From an uncultured Elusimicrobia bacterium (GTDB lineage: Bacteria; Elusimicrobiota; Elusimicrobia; 2-01-FULL-59-12): a stretch of 64,000 nucleotides of DNA. This document shows, piece after piece, positions 37,611 through 45,151 of the stretch (position 1 is the first letter of the stretch; every line of letters starts with the position of its first letter). Location of the stretch: contig OY969767.1 in the NCBI GenBank assembly GCA_963702895.1, positions 1,280,001 to 1,344,000 of the forward strand. Direction: 5' to 3'. The notes beneath the pieces were generated by a model. It was not told the DNA's origin. It saw nothing but the letters and a program-made list of their open reading frames with translations, and ran no database searches. The position numbers and the translations under genes are program-made.

Positions 37611-39518
37611 TTACGCAGCTGCGGTCTTCGAATCTATCTGAAGCGCTGCGTAGCGGCGCTTGGCATGTTCGGGGGAGATCGCGACCGCTAGCGAGAGATA
37701 CTGGTTCCCCTCCTGAAACATCAGCTTCAACGTGCAAAGCTCCTTCAGTGTGTCTTTAAGGATGGCTTCGCTTCCGCCGTTCTGAGTGTAGCGCTTAAGC
37801 AACTGATCAAAGCTGCGGATTTCTGTGCAAAACAGATAAAGGTCACGGTCTTGCTCATCAAGAACGACTTCGCTCAGGCCTCCCCCACGTCTATCGAAGA
37901 TATTTAAGAAGGTCTCGCCATCCTGATAGCTCAGCGTGTTTTCGGGATACGAGTAGTAGGAACCCTTCCACTGTTCACATGCATCATGAACCGGTGACCA
38001 GTCTGCGCTGGGCAGCGTTGAATCAAAGTCGAGCTCGTAGGTGTTAATTCGCCTCCACACATCGTCTGGCATGCCAACGCGATACATTTCACGGTTACGG
38101 ACGTTCGTAATGCCTACCTCTTGGCGCACTTTATCCACCGCCGTGTCAATGAAGAGCGCGAATTTGGATATGTTGAGAGGTTCATAGGAGATCGCGAAGT
38201 CGAGAATGTTCCTGCGAGTCTCTTCGATCTCCTCTTGAGTGGTGCCTGGAAATTCCGTGAGCAGATTGGATTGACTCGTGATTCTGAGTTCAGCGCATGT
38301 CCTGAGAGCCTGCAGGTTCTGAATGGTAGACGTGCCTTTGCCGATGCGGCGAAGATACGCGGTCGACAGCCCCTCGATACCCATTTGGGTATTCTTGAGT
38401 CCGGCTTCCTTCAGTAAGAAAAGCTCATAGGGCGTAATACTAGCGCGAATCTCATGAAAGAATTGATAATCCCGGCGATGAGCCATGAGCTCCTGCGAGA
38501 ACGCCTTAACGCCCTTGGTTCGTAGGACATCATCAACGAAAATGAAATTTACGTTCCGATACCGGCAGCTGAGCTGATCCATTTCCGCAACGATGCGCGG
38601 GATGGACCGCTCGCGGTAACGTTCATATTGCGTGTTGACTGTGCAGAATTGGCATATCGACTTGGTATTCTTGGTTTGTGCCGTACGATTCCACCAGCAC
38701 CCGCGGGAACCCTGAATTGGGATCGACCAGACCACGTTGTGCTGCTCGGCAAGAGCCACATATTCTTCGTAGTTGGGCGGAGGCAGGTCATCGAAGGGAG
38801 CCGGCTCGGGCCTCTGGACCACGTCCTCTCCGGAAGGAAGGCGTCTTAGCACTCCCGGAATGGGGCAATCAGCCACGCGCTGCGCGGCAACGGCATCCAG
38901 CAATGAAACAAGCGGACGCTCTCCTTCCCCTTGAACGATAAATTCGATCCACGGATACTCGCGCATGATGGACGGGCCCACCCGCCCTGCAAGAGTCATA
39001 CCGCCGAGGATCACTTGCGTTGTCGGCGACATCTCCTTGAGCCTCTGGGCGACTTTCAGATTGAGAAAGAGCTGTGCATAGGACGTCGTGAACCCGACCA
39101 GCTGAGTGCCAGCAAGCTGCTGAGCTGTGCGCTCGACGAGCAACGAGAGAAGTCCGCTCAAGCGGTCAAAGGTGTTCCCCTGCTTCTGAAGAGCAGCGGG
39201 AATTCCTTTGTGCCAGGCTTCGAAGTGGCCCCGTATGGATGCGGTCTTTGAAGGATAGAGGAGTTGCAGAGCCAGCAACTCACCTACTTGGTGACAGTGA
39301 GATGCGATGTGCTTATAGAGGTCCGCTCCGAGTCGTTCCGCGAAGTCGACATAGAGGTGGTGAGTGGAGACGTTCCACTCGGGACGCTCCTTGCGAACGA
39401 ACGCAGAGAGAACGCCCAGTGCGGCAGACGGGCGATCACGATGCGACCATGGGAGCGAAACAAGAGCCAGACTGAGGGGTCGAATTGACATGACTATCGA
39501 TACCCCAGGTTTGTTCAT
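37611..39518 (-). CDS. B12-dependent radical SAM RiPP maturase (TIGR03975-like C-methyltransferase)
   Basis: N-terminal cobalamin-binding domain (LVSLPW..RPSAALG, LVGFT, VILGG, GEGE), SRGCWW-x12-CQFC cluster motif, FVDD, QMGIE, and a C-terminal beta3-alpha3 RRE-like region (DRR...YLSLA). Alternative start at 39491. Confidence 0.9.
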   Translation of the reverse strand: MNKPGVSIVMSIRPLSLALVSLPWSHRDRPSAALGVLSAFVRKERPEWNVSTHHLYVDFAERLGADLYKHIASHCHQVGELLALQLLYPSKTASIRGHFEAWHKGIPAALQKQGNTFDRLSGLLSLLVERTAQQLAGTQLVGFTTSYAQLFLNLKVAQRLKEMSPTTQVILGGMTLAGRVGPSIMREYPWIEFIVQGEGERPLVSLLDAVAAQRVADCPIPGVLRRLPSGEDVVQRPEPAPFDDLPPPNYEEYVALAEQHNVVWSIPIQGSRGCWWNRTAQTKNTKSICQFCTVNTQYERYRERSIPRIVAEMDQLSCRYRNVNFIFVDDVLRTKGVKAFSQELMAHRRDYQFFHEIRASITPYELFLLKEAGLKNTQMGIEGLSTAYLRRIGKGTSTIQNLQALRTCAELRITSQSNLLTEFPGTTQEEIEETRRNILDFAISYEPLNISKFALFIDTAVDKVRQEVGITNVRNREMYRVGMPDDVWRRINTYELDFDSTLPSADWSPVHDACEQWKGSYYSYPENTLSYQDGETFLNIFDRRGGGLSEVVLDEQDRDLYLFCTEIRSFDQLLKRYTQNGGSEAILKDTLKELCTLKLMFQEGNQYLSLAVAISPEHAKRRYAALQIDSKTAAA

Positions 39519-39537
39519 TTTTCAAGGAGTTAAATAA

Positions 39538-39588
39538 CGAAACGTGAGAGCTCTGGGGACCTACCGATCCACAGGCTCTCACGTTTCG
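39538..39588 (-). promoter_or_regulatory. Strong intergenic stem-loop between the peptide gene and the radical SAM gene
   Basis: Perfect 14-bp stem CGAAACGTGAGAGC/GCTCTCACGTTTCG with further internal pairing; a second 7-bp hairpin lies at 39592-39614. Confidence 0.8.
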
Positions 39589-39632
39589 CAACTGTCGAAA
39601 AAACTTATCGACAGACCATCGCCAGCATCAGA

Positions 39633-39764
39633 CTAATCGCCCCAACAAATATTGACTGGTTCAACCTTTCTTTCGAATGATTGGCTCGCTGCTTTGAGTT
39701 CCTCCGCTGAGAGACTTGGGGTGTCCCTGGTGACGGTGATTTTCTTGGTTTCTTGTGATTCCAT
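39633..39764 (-). CDS. Putative RiPP precursor peptide, 43 aa
   Basis: MESQETKKITVTRDTPSLSAEELKAASQSFERKVEPVNICWGD*. AAAGGAGG RBS 8 nt before the ATG, TAGAAT -10-like box at 39804-39809, co-directional with the rSAM gene. Below the ORF-track size cutoff. Confidence 0.85.
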   Translation of the reverse strand: MESQETKKITVTRDTPSLSAEELKAASQSFERKVEPVNICWGD

Positions 39765-40323
39765 ATCGGCATCCTCCTTTCACGAGTTATTTTCGACGGA
39801 CGAATTCTATCGACAATATCCGATACGACCTGGTGATATCGATATCTTCTGATTGAGAATGATCCATCATGATTGGCTTACAAACTTTCCTCGAGTCTAA
39901 CAATCGAATATTACGATTGCGTTACGGGTGAGATATATTGTGTTGGAAGAGCAAGGACATCATCACATTCTCCACGTCTTTTAGGCTGGATTCTTATCTT
40001 TACCCGCGCCCGAAGAACCTGATCGTCATTTCACGGCTCTTTGAATCCCATGGATGATCGTTCTCAGTTGTTGGGAGGAAATCTCATTTCTGAGGGTTAA
40101 GGACGTACAGAGGCCATGAATTGCGTACGCGCGCAGGCGACTTAAGAAACGAATGACCTCGCGATATCCATCCGACTCTTAAAAGCTTGGCTCGCAACAT
40201 CTTCAAGTCCACGACTCCATCGATTCGACCGCAGGACACCAGGTATGTTCCTCTCATCCCTCATACGAAAGGGGTATTGCGCGTCCTATGAGCTCTAAGG
40301 AATCGGACATCGCTCATGGCTCG

Positions 40324-41433
40324 TCACCCCCCGCGGCGGCAGGAGGCACCGTCCGAAATGATCGTAATGGTCCCGAGGCGGTCTGTTCGGAGAGTTTGAT
40401 CCGCGAGAGAAGGATAGCGTTCCGGGCGCGAGTGGCTGTAAGCGTTGGGACCTACCGAGAGTCCGATCCAATCCACCTTCCGCATCATGCTTTCCCAGGC
40501 AGGATCGAGTTGGTCGCCGTGGTGCGGCCAGTTGGCAAAACAGAACTTCAAGCCGGCCGACTGCAAGCGTTCTTGCGCGCGTTCGATGACCCGGGCTTGG
40601 ACCGTGGGGGCCAGATCACCGCAGAGAAGCATCGCTGTTTTGCCGAAGCTCACCCAAAGCACAAGGTCATTTTCGTGCATCGATCCCTTGATTGATGGAG
40701 GATTGAGAACTTCCACCTCGATTCCCCCCGGACCAGACAGGCGCATGCCCTGGCGAACGACACGAACTTCTGTGCCGCGTTTTTGCAGGCGCTCGAGGGT
40801 CCGGGCGATGTCGGTCTGACCAGCTGCATCCCCACTCCAATAAAGCGTTTGGATAGGCGGTTTTCTCCAGTGGGCATATCCGCCGCTATGATCGGGATGC
40901 GCATGCGTCAAAAACGCCGCATCGATTCGCCTTACACCTAACTCGCGCATTTTCGACCGAATCTTCGGTAAAGCGTCTTTCGGGCCTGAATCAATGAGCG
41001 CAATCCATGAGTGACGCTCATCCTTTGACTGTAAGAGGAGGCAAGACCCGTAGCCCACATCGAGCATGTGAAGCGTGAGTTCCTGGGCTTGAGCCTGGGA
41101 CAGCAGCAGCGCTAAGGTTGACAGAACAATGAGCAGGGATGCCTTTCCCCTCTCCCGCCGAAGGTGGGAGAGGGCGGTGCCCGGCTTGTGGGCAAAGGGT
41201 GAGGGCACGGCCTTGCCCTCATCCCAACCTTCCCACTTACAACCGTGGGACCTGCGCCCCGACGGGTCGCCTGACGCGACCGTAGGGGCTGTCCCTCCAC
41301 CCGCAGGGTGGACGGGACGCTCTATAGGGAAATTGAGGAAGCGCGGGTCTCCCGACACGTTGGTCGGGAGAAGGGGTCCTGACAGCGCCCGCTGCGCGCT
41401 AAAGTGGTGAAGGCTAAGCATTGTTTGCGACAA
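40324..41433 (-). CDS. Secreted ComEC/Rec2-like metallo-beta-lactamase-fold hydrolase (start uncertain)
   Basis: Signal peptide LLIVLSTLALLLSQAQA, then DVGYG, THAHPDH, LLCGD, PHHG, SVGPNAYSH and RTD..G motifs. Confidence 0.85.
   Translation of the reverse strand: MSQTMLSLHHFSAQRALSGPLLPTNVSGDPRFLNFPIERPVHPAGGGTAPTVASGDPSGRRSHGCKWEGWDEGKAVPSPFAHKPGTALSHLRRERGKASLLIVLSTLALLLSQAQAQELTLHMLDVGYGSCLLLQSKDERHSWIALIDSGPKDALPKIRSKMRELGVRRIDAAFLTHAHPDHSGGYAHWRKPPIQTLYWSGDAAGQTDIARTLERLQKRGTEVRVVRQGMRLSGPGGIEVEVLNPPSIKGSMHENDLVLWVSFGKTAMLLCGDLAPTVQARVIERAQERLQSAGLKFCFANWPHHGDQLDPAWESMMRKVDWIGLSVGPNAYSHSRPERYPSLADQTLRTDRLGTITIISDGASCRRGG
41148..41375. repeat. Nested multi-hairpin palindromic element
   Basis: Seven stem-loops, e.g. 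CCCTCTCCC..GGGAGAGGG, TGAGGGCA..TGCCCTCA, TCCCAC..GTGGGA and CTCCCGAC..GTCGGGAG; related to the 30518-30594 element. Confidence 0.85.
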
Positions 41434-41480
41434 TAGGTCTCTATGATGATAGCCAATTCTCGCTCGGCGCGGTGTTGTCC

Positions 41481-42035
41481 ATGAAGAATCAACCCAAACC
41501 GACTCTTTGGCTGCCGCCGCTTGTTCTGACCCTCGTGATGTGGATGACAGTCGGCTACGTCCGCCCCATCACCGAGTGGCTGCGTGCGCGCGGGATCTTG
41601 GCGAACTCGATCTGGACAATCTTTGCCCTGATCGCCGCAGTCGTGATTTGGACATCATGGAAGAAGGGTCAGCCGAGCGGAACCGGCGGCGGAAACGACA
41701 CACTCCGATGCATCTTTCTTCTGGCAACGAGCGTGGCCACCTACATCGCCCTGATGCTGGTGATGGTTGTGGCACCGGAAGAGCGCTTCCACTTCATCCT
41801 GGTGGGTCTCGTGACGTACTTGTACTTTCGACTCTTTGAAGCGCTCTGGCCCACAACGTGGTTTGTTCCCTTCTTCGGTTTCCTAGCTGGCGCGCTGGTC
41901 GGCGGGATCGAAGAAGGCCTCCAAAAGTTCTATCCCTCACGCTTCTTTGACTGGCGGGATGTCGGGATCAATGTTCTGGCCGCGTTCATGGCAACGTTGT
42001 TGATCCACTCCTTGAAAGCACGGCGCCGCCGCTGA
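41481..42035 (+). CDS. VanZ-like membrane protein
   Basis: PEERFHF and GGIEEGLQ...PSRFFDWRDVGIN motifs. Confidence 0.85.
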   Translation: MKNQPKPTLWLPPLVLTLVMWMTVGYVRPITEWLRARGILANSIWTIFALIAAVVIWTSWKKGQPSGTGGGNDTLRCIFLLATSVATYIALMLVMVVAPEERFHFILVGLVTYLYFRLFEALWPTTWFVPFFGFLAGALVGGIEEGLQKFYPSRFFDWRDVGINVLAAFMATLLIHSLKARRRR

Positions 42036-42046
42036 GGTCTCTTTCC

Positions 42047-42457
42047 TTACCACATCCTCATCAGTCCGATGAGCGCGACGATCGCCATCACGACCACCAT
42101 CAAAACCAACACCATATTTTCTGTAGAAATGGCTTTTCTTTTCTTTGGTGCTTGTTTGGGTTCTTCAGGTAGCGAGGCGTGTAGTGCTAAACGTTCGAGT
42201 TCGTCTTCAGAGACCTCGCTTTGCTTATACTCTTTGTCATGCATCGCAATGAGGTGCTTGGCTTCCTCAACTTGATCTTCAGGCACCACGACGCGAATTC
42301 CTCCTAAAGCGGGGGTGAGCCATGGATTGAGCCCGGCGAGATGCGAATCCCAGACCCTGGCATGCAGGCCCGCGCTGAAGAGTTTCAGCCGGACAGACTC
42401 CGCTTCCGAAACCGTTTGGGCTCTGTACACAACCTCCCAGCTCAAAGTCCGCTTCAT
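42047..42457 (-). CDS. DUF2007-like signal-transducing protein with C-terminal TM
   Basis: EAESVRLKLFSAGL..., GGIRVVVPEDQVEEA. Confidence 0.78.
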   Translation of the reverse strand: MKRTLSWEVVYRAQTVSEAESVRLKLFSAGLHARVWDSHLAGLNPWLTPALGGIRVVVPEDQVEEAKHLIAMHDKEYKQSEVSEDELERLALHASLPEEPKQAPKKRKAISTENMVLVLMVVVMAIVALIGLMRMW

Positions 42458-42515
42458 CTCAGAATTTCCTCATAGTCTCTACTGTACTTTAAGGACCCAT
42501 TTGAGGCAACAGCAC

Positions 42516-42544
42516 TTGTCTCTCGTACACTCGTATGGTATAGT
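42516..42544 (+). promoter_or_regulatory. Sigma70-type lexA promoter (leaderless configuration)
   Basis: TTGTCT-17 nt-TATAGT with extended TGn; ATG follows 7 nt after the -10. Confidence 0.75.
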
Positions 42545-42551
42545 CCGCCCT

Positions 42552-43178
42552 ATGAAGCCCCAGGAGAAGATCCTGAAGTTTATCCGGGAATTTATGGATG
42601 AACACCAGATGCCGCCCACGCTGCGGGAGATTCAGGAGCATATGGGCTTTGCCGCGATCGGCACGATCCAGTATCACATCAAGAATCTGGCCGACGCGGG
42701 GTTCTTGGAAGTAAAGCCCAAACTTTCGCGCGGGATTTCGCTCACGCAGCGGGCGATTGGAATTCCTATCATCGGGCGCGTTCCCGCGGGACCCGCGCAG
42801 CTCGCCTTTGAGCAGGTGGAAGGATATCTTTCCTCCATTCACGGGGAGAAGCAGTCGACCGGGGTCACGTCCCCCCCCACCCCACCGCCAACGGCCGATC
42901 CCCGGGCGCTCTTTGCTCTTCGCGTCAAAGGTGATTCCATGACCGGGGCAGGGATTTTAGACGGGGATCTCGTCATCGTAAAGCCCCAGAATTCCGCTAA
43001 ACATGGAGATATCGTTGTCGCCAGGACCAATCAAGAAGAAGCCACTGTGAAACGCCTCGTAAGAAAGCCAGGCATCATTCATCTCGCCCCTGAAAACGCG
43101 AAGTACAAGCCTATCCCGGTTGATGAGCAGACGGAGATCATCGGGAAAGTGATTCGGGTTGTGCGCCACTACAACTAA
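42552..43178 (+). CDS. lexA: SOS repressor LexA
   Basis: PPTLREI HTH, GRVPAG cleavage site, GDSM catalytic Ser and ATVKR catalytic Lys. Start reassigned to ATG 42552. Confidence 0.96.
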   Translation: MKPQEKILKFIREFMDEHQMPPTLREIQEHMGFAAIGTIQYHIKNLADAGFLEVKPKLSRGISLTQRAIGIPIIGRVPAGPAQLAFEQVEGYLSSIHGEKQSTGVTSPPTPPPTADPRALFALRVKGDSMTGAGILDGDLVIVKPQNSAKHGDIVVARTNQEEATVKRLVRKPGIIHLAPENAKYKPIPVDEQTEIIGKVIRVVRHYN

Positions 43179-43196
43179 CAACGAATTCCCCAACGA

Positions 43197-43247
43197 CGGA
43201 GCTACCAAAAGGCGGAGCTACCGTAAGTCTGATCTACGAGTGGCGGG
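43197..43247. repeat. Left 16-nt-period repeat array flanking the four-helix-bundle gene
   Basis: CGGAGCTACC (43197), CGGAGCTACC (43213), CTGATCTACG (43229), then GGCGGG. Confidence 0.75.
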
Positions 43248-43348
43248 GAAATGCGGATTCAATGTAATTCCCACCCGAAACATCCTCTTCCACAATAACT
43301 GCGAATAAATATCGATAAATTTCATCTAAGGTATAGGAGGTAATTCCT

Positions 43349-43702
43349 ATGTCTATGAAAGCAGGCCAATTATGGATCGTCAAGACCGCAGAAGAACTGA
43401 GTTGCAACATACGGAAATCTGTAATGTGCTGGGATAAACTAGACCGCTACACGATCGGCGTCCAACTGATACGTTCGGCGGACTCCATAGGGGCGAACAT
43501 TGTGGAAGGCTATGGTCGAGCTCATCGCTTAGATGGCTTGCGCTTCTATTCGATCGCTAGAGGATCTCTCGAGGAAACAATGTATTGGATTCGAAGGAGC
43601 AAAGAGTCTCATTTGATATCCGAGAGTCTTGGAAAGCAGTGGTTATCGCGGTACAAATTGCTATCTGTTTCAATCAATAGGTTCATCCAGACTAGCAGCT
43701 AA
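43349..43702 (+). CDS. Four helix bundle protein (TIGR02436 / 23S rRNA IVP-like)
   Basis: QLIRSADSIGANIVEGYGR and FYSIARGSLEE motifs; GGAGG RBS; AT-richer than neighbours. Confidence 0.93.
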   Translation: MSMKAGQLWIVKTAEELSCNIRKSVMCWDKLDRYTIGVQLIRSADSIGANIVEGYGRAHRLDGLRFYSIARGSLEETMYWIRRSKESHLISESLGKQWLSRYKLLSVSINRFIQTSS

Positions 43703-43703
43703 A

Positions 43704-43756
43704 CCCGCCGTACGCAGATCCGCCGTCTGGTAGATCCGATGTCTGCTTGATCTGCC
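43704..43756. repeat. Right 16-nt-period repeat array, inverted relative to the left array
   Basis: CCCGCC, then GCAGATCCG (43714), GTAGATCCG (43730), CTTGATCTG (43746). Confidence 0.75.
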
Positions 43757-45109
43757 TCAGGAATACTTCTTGAGGAGCATCGCGCCCCCTAATCCTCCGG
43801 CGGCGCAGGCGGTGGAAAGAGCGTAGCGGATTTCAGGCTTTTGTTTCATTTGGTAGAGAGCGTTCAAGACAATGCGCGTGCCGGTCGCGGCCAGGGGATG
43901 GCCGAGCGGGATGGAACCGCCGTTGGGATTGAGTTTTCCGTCTTTCCACTTGCTCTCCCAATGATGGCCATACTTTTCCCGCCCGACTTTAAAGATCGCT
44001 AAACAAGTCGCGGAGAACGCTTCATGGAGTTCAATCAGATCGATTTGGTCAAAGGTGATCCCCGCACGCTCGAGGGCGTTCGCCGTCGCGAAGACCGGAG
44101 CGATCCCCATATGAGCAGGGTCATTCCCCCAGTAACCCCAGTCGACGATTTCCGCCAGAATCTCAAGTCCCAGTTCTTTCGCGCGCTTCTCGGAAGCCAC
44201 AATCACCGCCGCGGCACCATCGGACCTCGCGCAGGAGTTGAAGAGTGTGACCGTCGCCTGGCTTTGGCCCTCGATGTATTTCTTACCCAGGATAAACTGA
44301 CCGTACATCTCATAGAACCGTTTGATCGAAAAGGATGGCCCATCAAAGAGAAGGGGAGCTTTGGAGAGCATCGCCGGTTTATTCACGAGGGCCTCGCGGA
44401 GATAAGGATACTCGTCCTTTTCGAGGTGGACTTCATCGTTTTCTTCGACAGGCGTGACGTGGGATTGATAGAAACCAGACTCTTCCGCCGCCAGGCACCG
44501 CTTGTACGTCTCGTAGGCGTAGGCGTCCTGGGCCCCGCGCTCAATCGAGTACATCTGCGCGCAGACTTCGGCGGTGGCCGCCATATTGAGGTTCCGAACA
44601 GGGTCGTTGAGACCTTCCTCGATGCAATCCACAAGCGAAATCTCCTTGTTCGTTAAAAGACTCGCCCAGTTGGCGCGAACGGCCTCCAGAGAGCGAAGCT
44701 CTTTGACGCTCCGATCGCCGCGAATGGCGTAAGGGAAGGAAGACATGGATTCCGTCCCCCCCGCGATGTAGATATCTCCCTCCCCCATGACGATATGACG
44801 CGCCGCCGAAGAGATCGCCTCTAGGCCAGAGATACAGTTTGCTTGAACCGTTACAGCATGGGCTTTTTCAGGCAGATGTGAAAGGAGTACAGCAATCCTG
44901 GCGATGTTGGGAGCATGGCTTCCCTGGCCGACCCAACCCGCCATGACACCGTCCACCGCGTGAGGATAAAGGGTTGTTTTGGCCAAGAGCGCATTGATCG
45001 TGAGCATCAAAAGATGCTCTGGGGAAATGCCCGAGAGGCTCTTGTTAAAGTGCCCGATCGGGGTCCTGATCCCGCCGCAGAGAACGACTTTGGTGTCTCT
45101 CACTTTCAT
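43757..45109 (-). CDS. Thiolase (acetyl-CoA acyltransferase, HEAF type)
   Basis: QANCISG, HEAF, GHPLAATG and CAAGGLG motifs. Confidence 0.93.
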   Translation of the reverse strand: MKVRDTKVVLCGGIRTPIGHFNKSLSGISPEHLLMLTINALLAKTTLYPHAVDGVMAGWVGQGSHAPNIARIAVLLSHLPEKAHAVTVQANCISGLEAISSAARHIVMGEGDIYIAGGTESMSSFPYAIRGDRSVKELRSLEAVRANWASLLTNKEISLVDCIEEGLNDPVRNLNMAATAEVCAQMYSIERGAQDAYAYETYKRCLAAEESGFYQSHVTPVEENDEVHLEKDEYPYLREALVNKPAMLSKAPLLFDGPSFSIKRFYEMYGQFILGKKYIEGQSQATVTLFNSCARSDGAAAVIVASEKRAKELGLEILAEIVDWGYWGNDPAHMGIAPVFATANALERAGITFDQIDLIELHEAFSATCLAIFKVGREKYGHHWESKWKDGKLNPNGGSIPLGHPLAATGTRIVLNALYQMKQKPEIRYALSTACAAGGLGGAMLLKKYS

Positions 45110-45151
45110 TCCAGACTCCTCTTTGCAGGCCAACACGGCCCCGTCATGAGT

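Noticed and set aside
39579..39635. Possible TAG read-through of the precursor (…CWGD*SDAGDGLSISFFDSCET*)
   Set aside because: No pyrrolysine or suppressor evidence in the window. TAG is used as a normal stop elsewhere (rho, ettA), and the extension runs into the hairpins.
39652..39852. 66-aa plus-strand ORF in the track
   Set aside because: TTG start without an RBS, and antisense to the minus-strand peptide that has a perfect RBS and operon context.
41148..41375. tRNA, SRP, RNase P or riboswitch identity for the multi-hairpin element
   Set aside because: No T-loop/CCA or other diagnostic motif that I could recognise, and its sub-hairpins match a dispersed repeat family. An Rfam scan would be decisive.
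41129..41410. 93-aa and 62-aa ORFs over the palindromic element; also 30422-30655 and 1850-2044
   Set aside because: Translations of GC-rich repeats, not credible independent genes.
43349..43702. Four-helix-bundle gene as the Avd of a diversity-generating retroelement or an rRNA intervening sequence
   Set aside because: No reverse transcriptase, no adenine-specific TR/VR pair and no rRNA in the window. The ettA duplicate differs at mixed bases, not only adenines.
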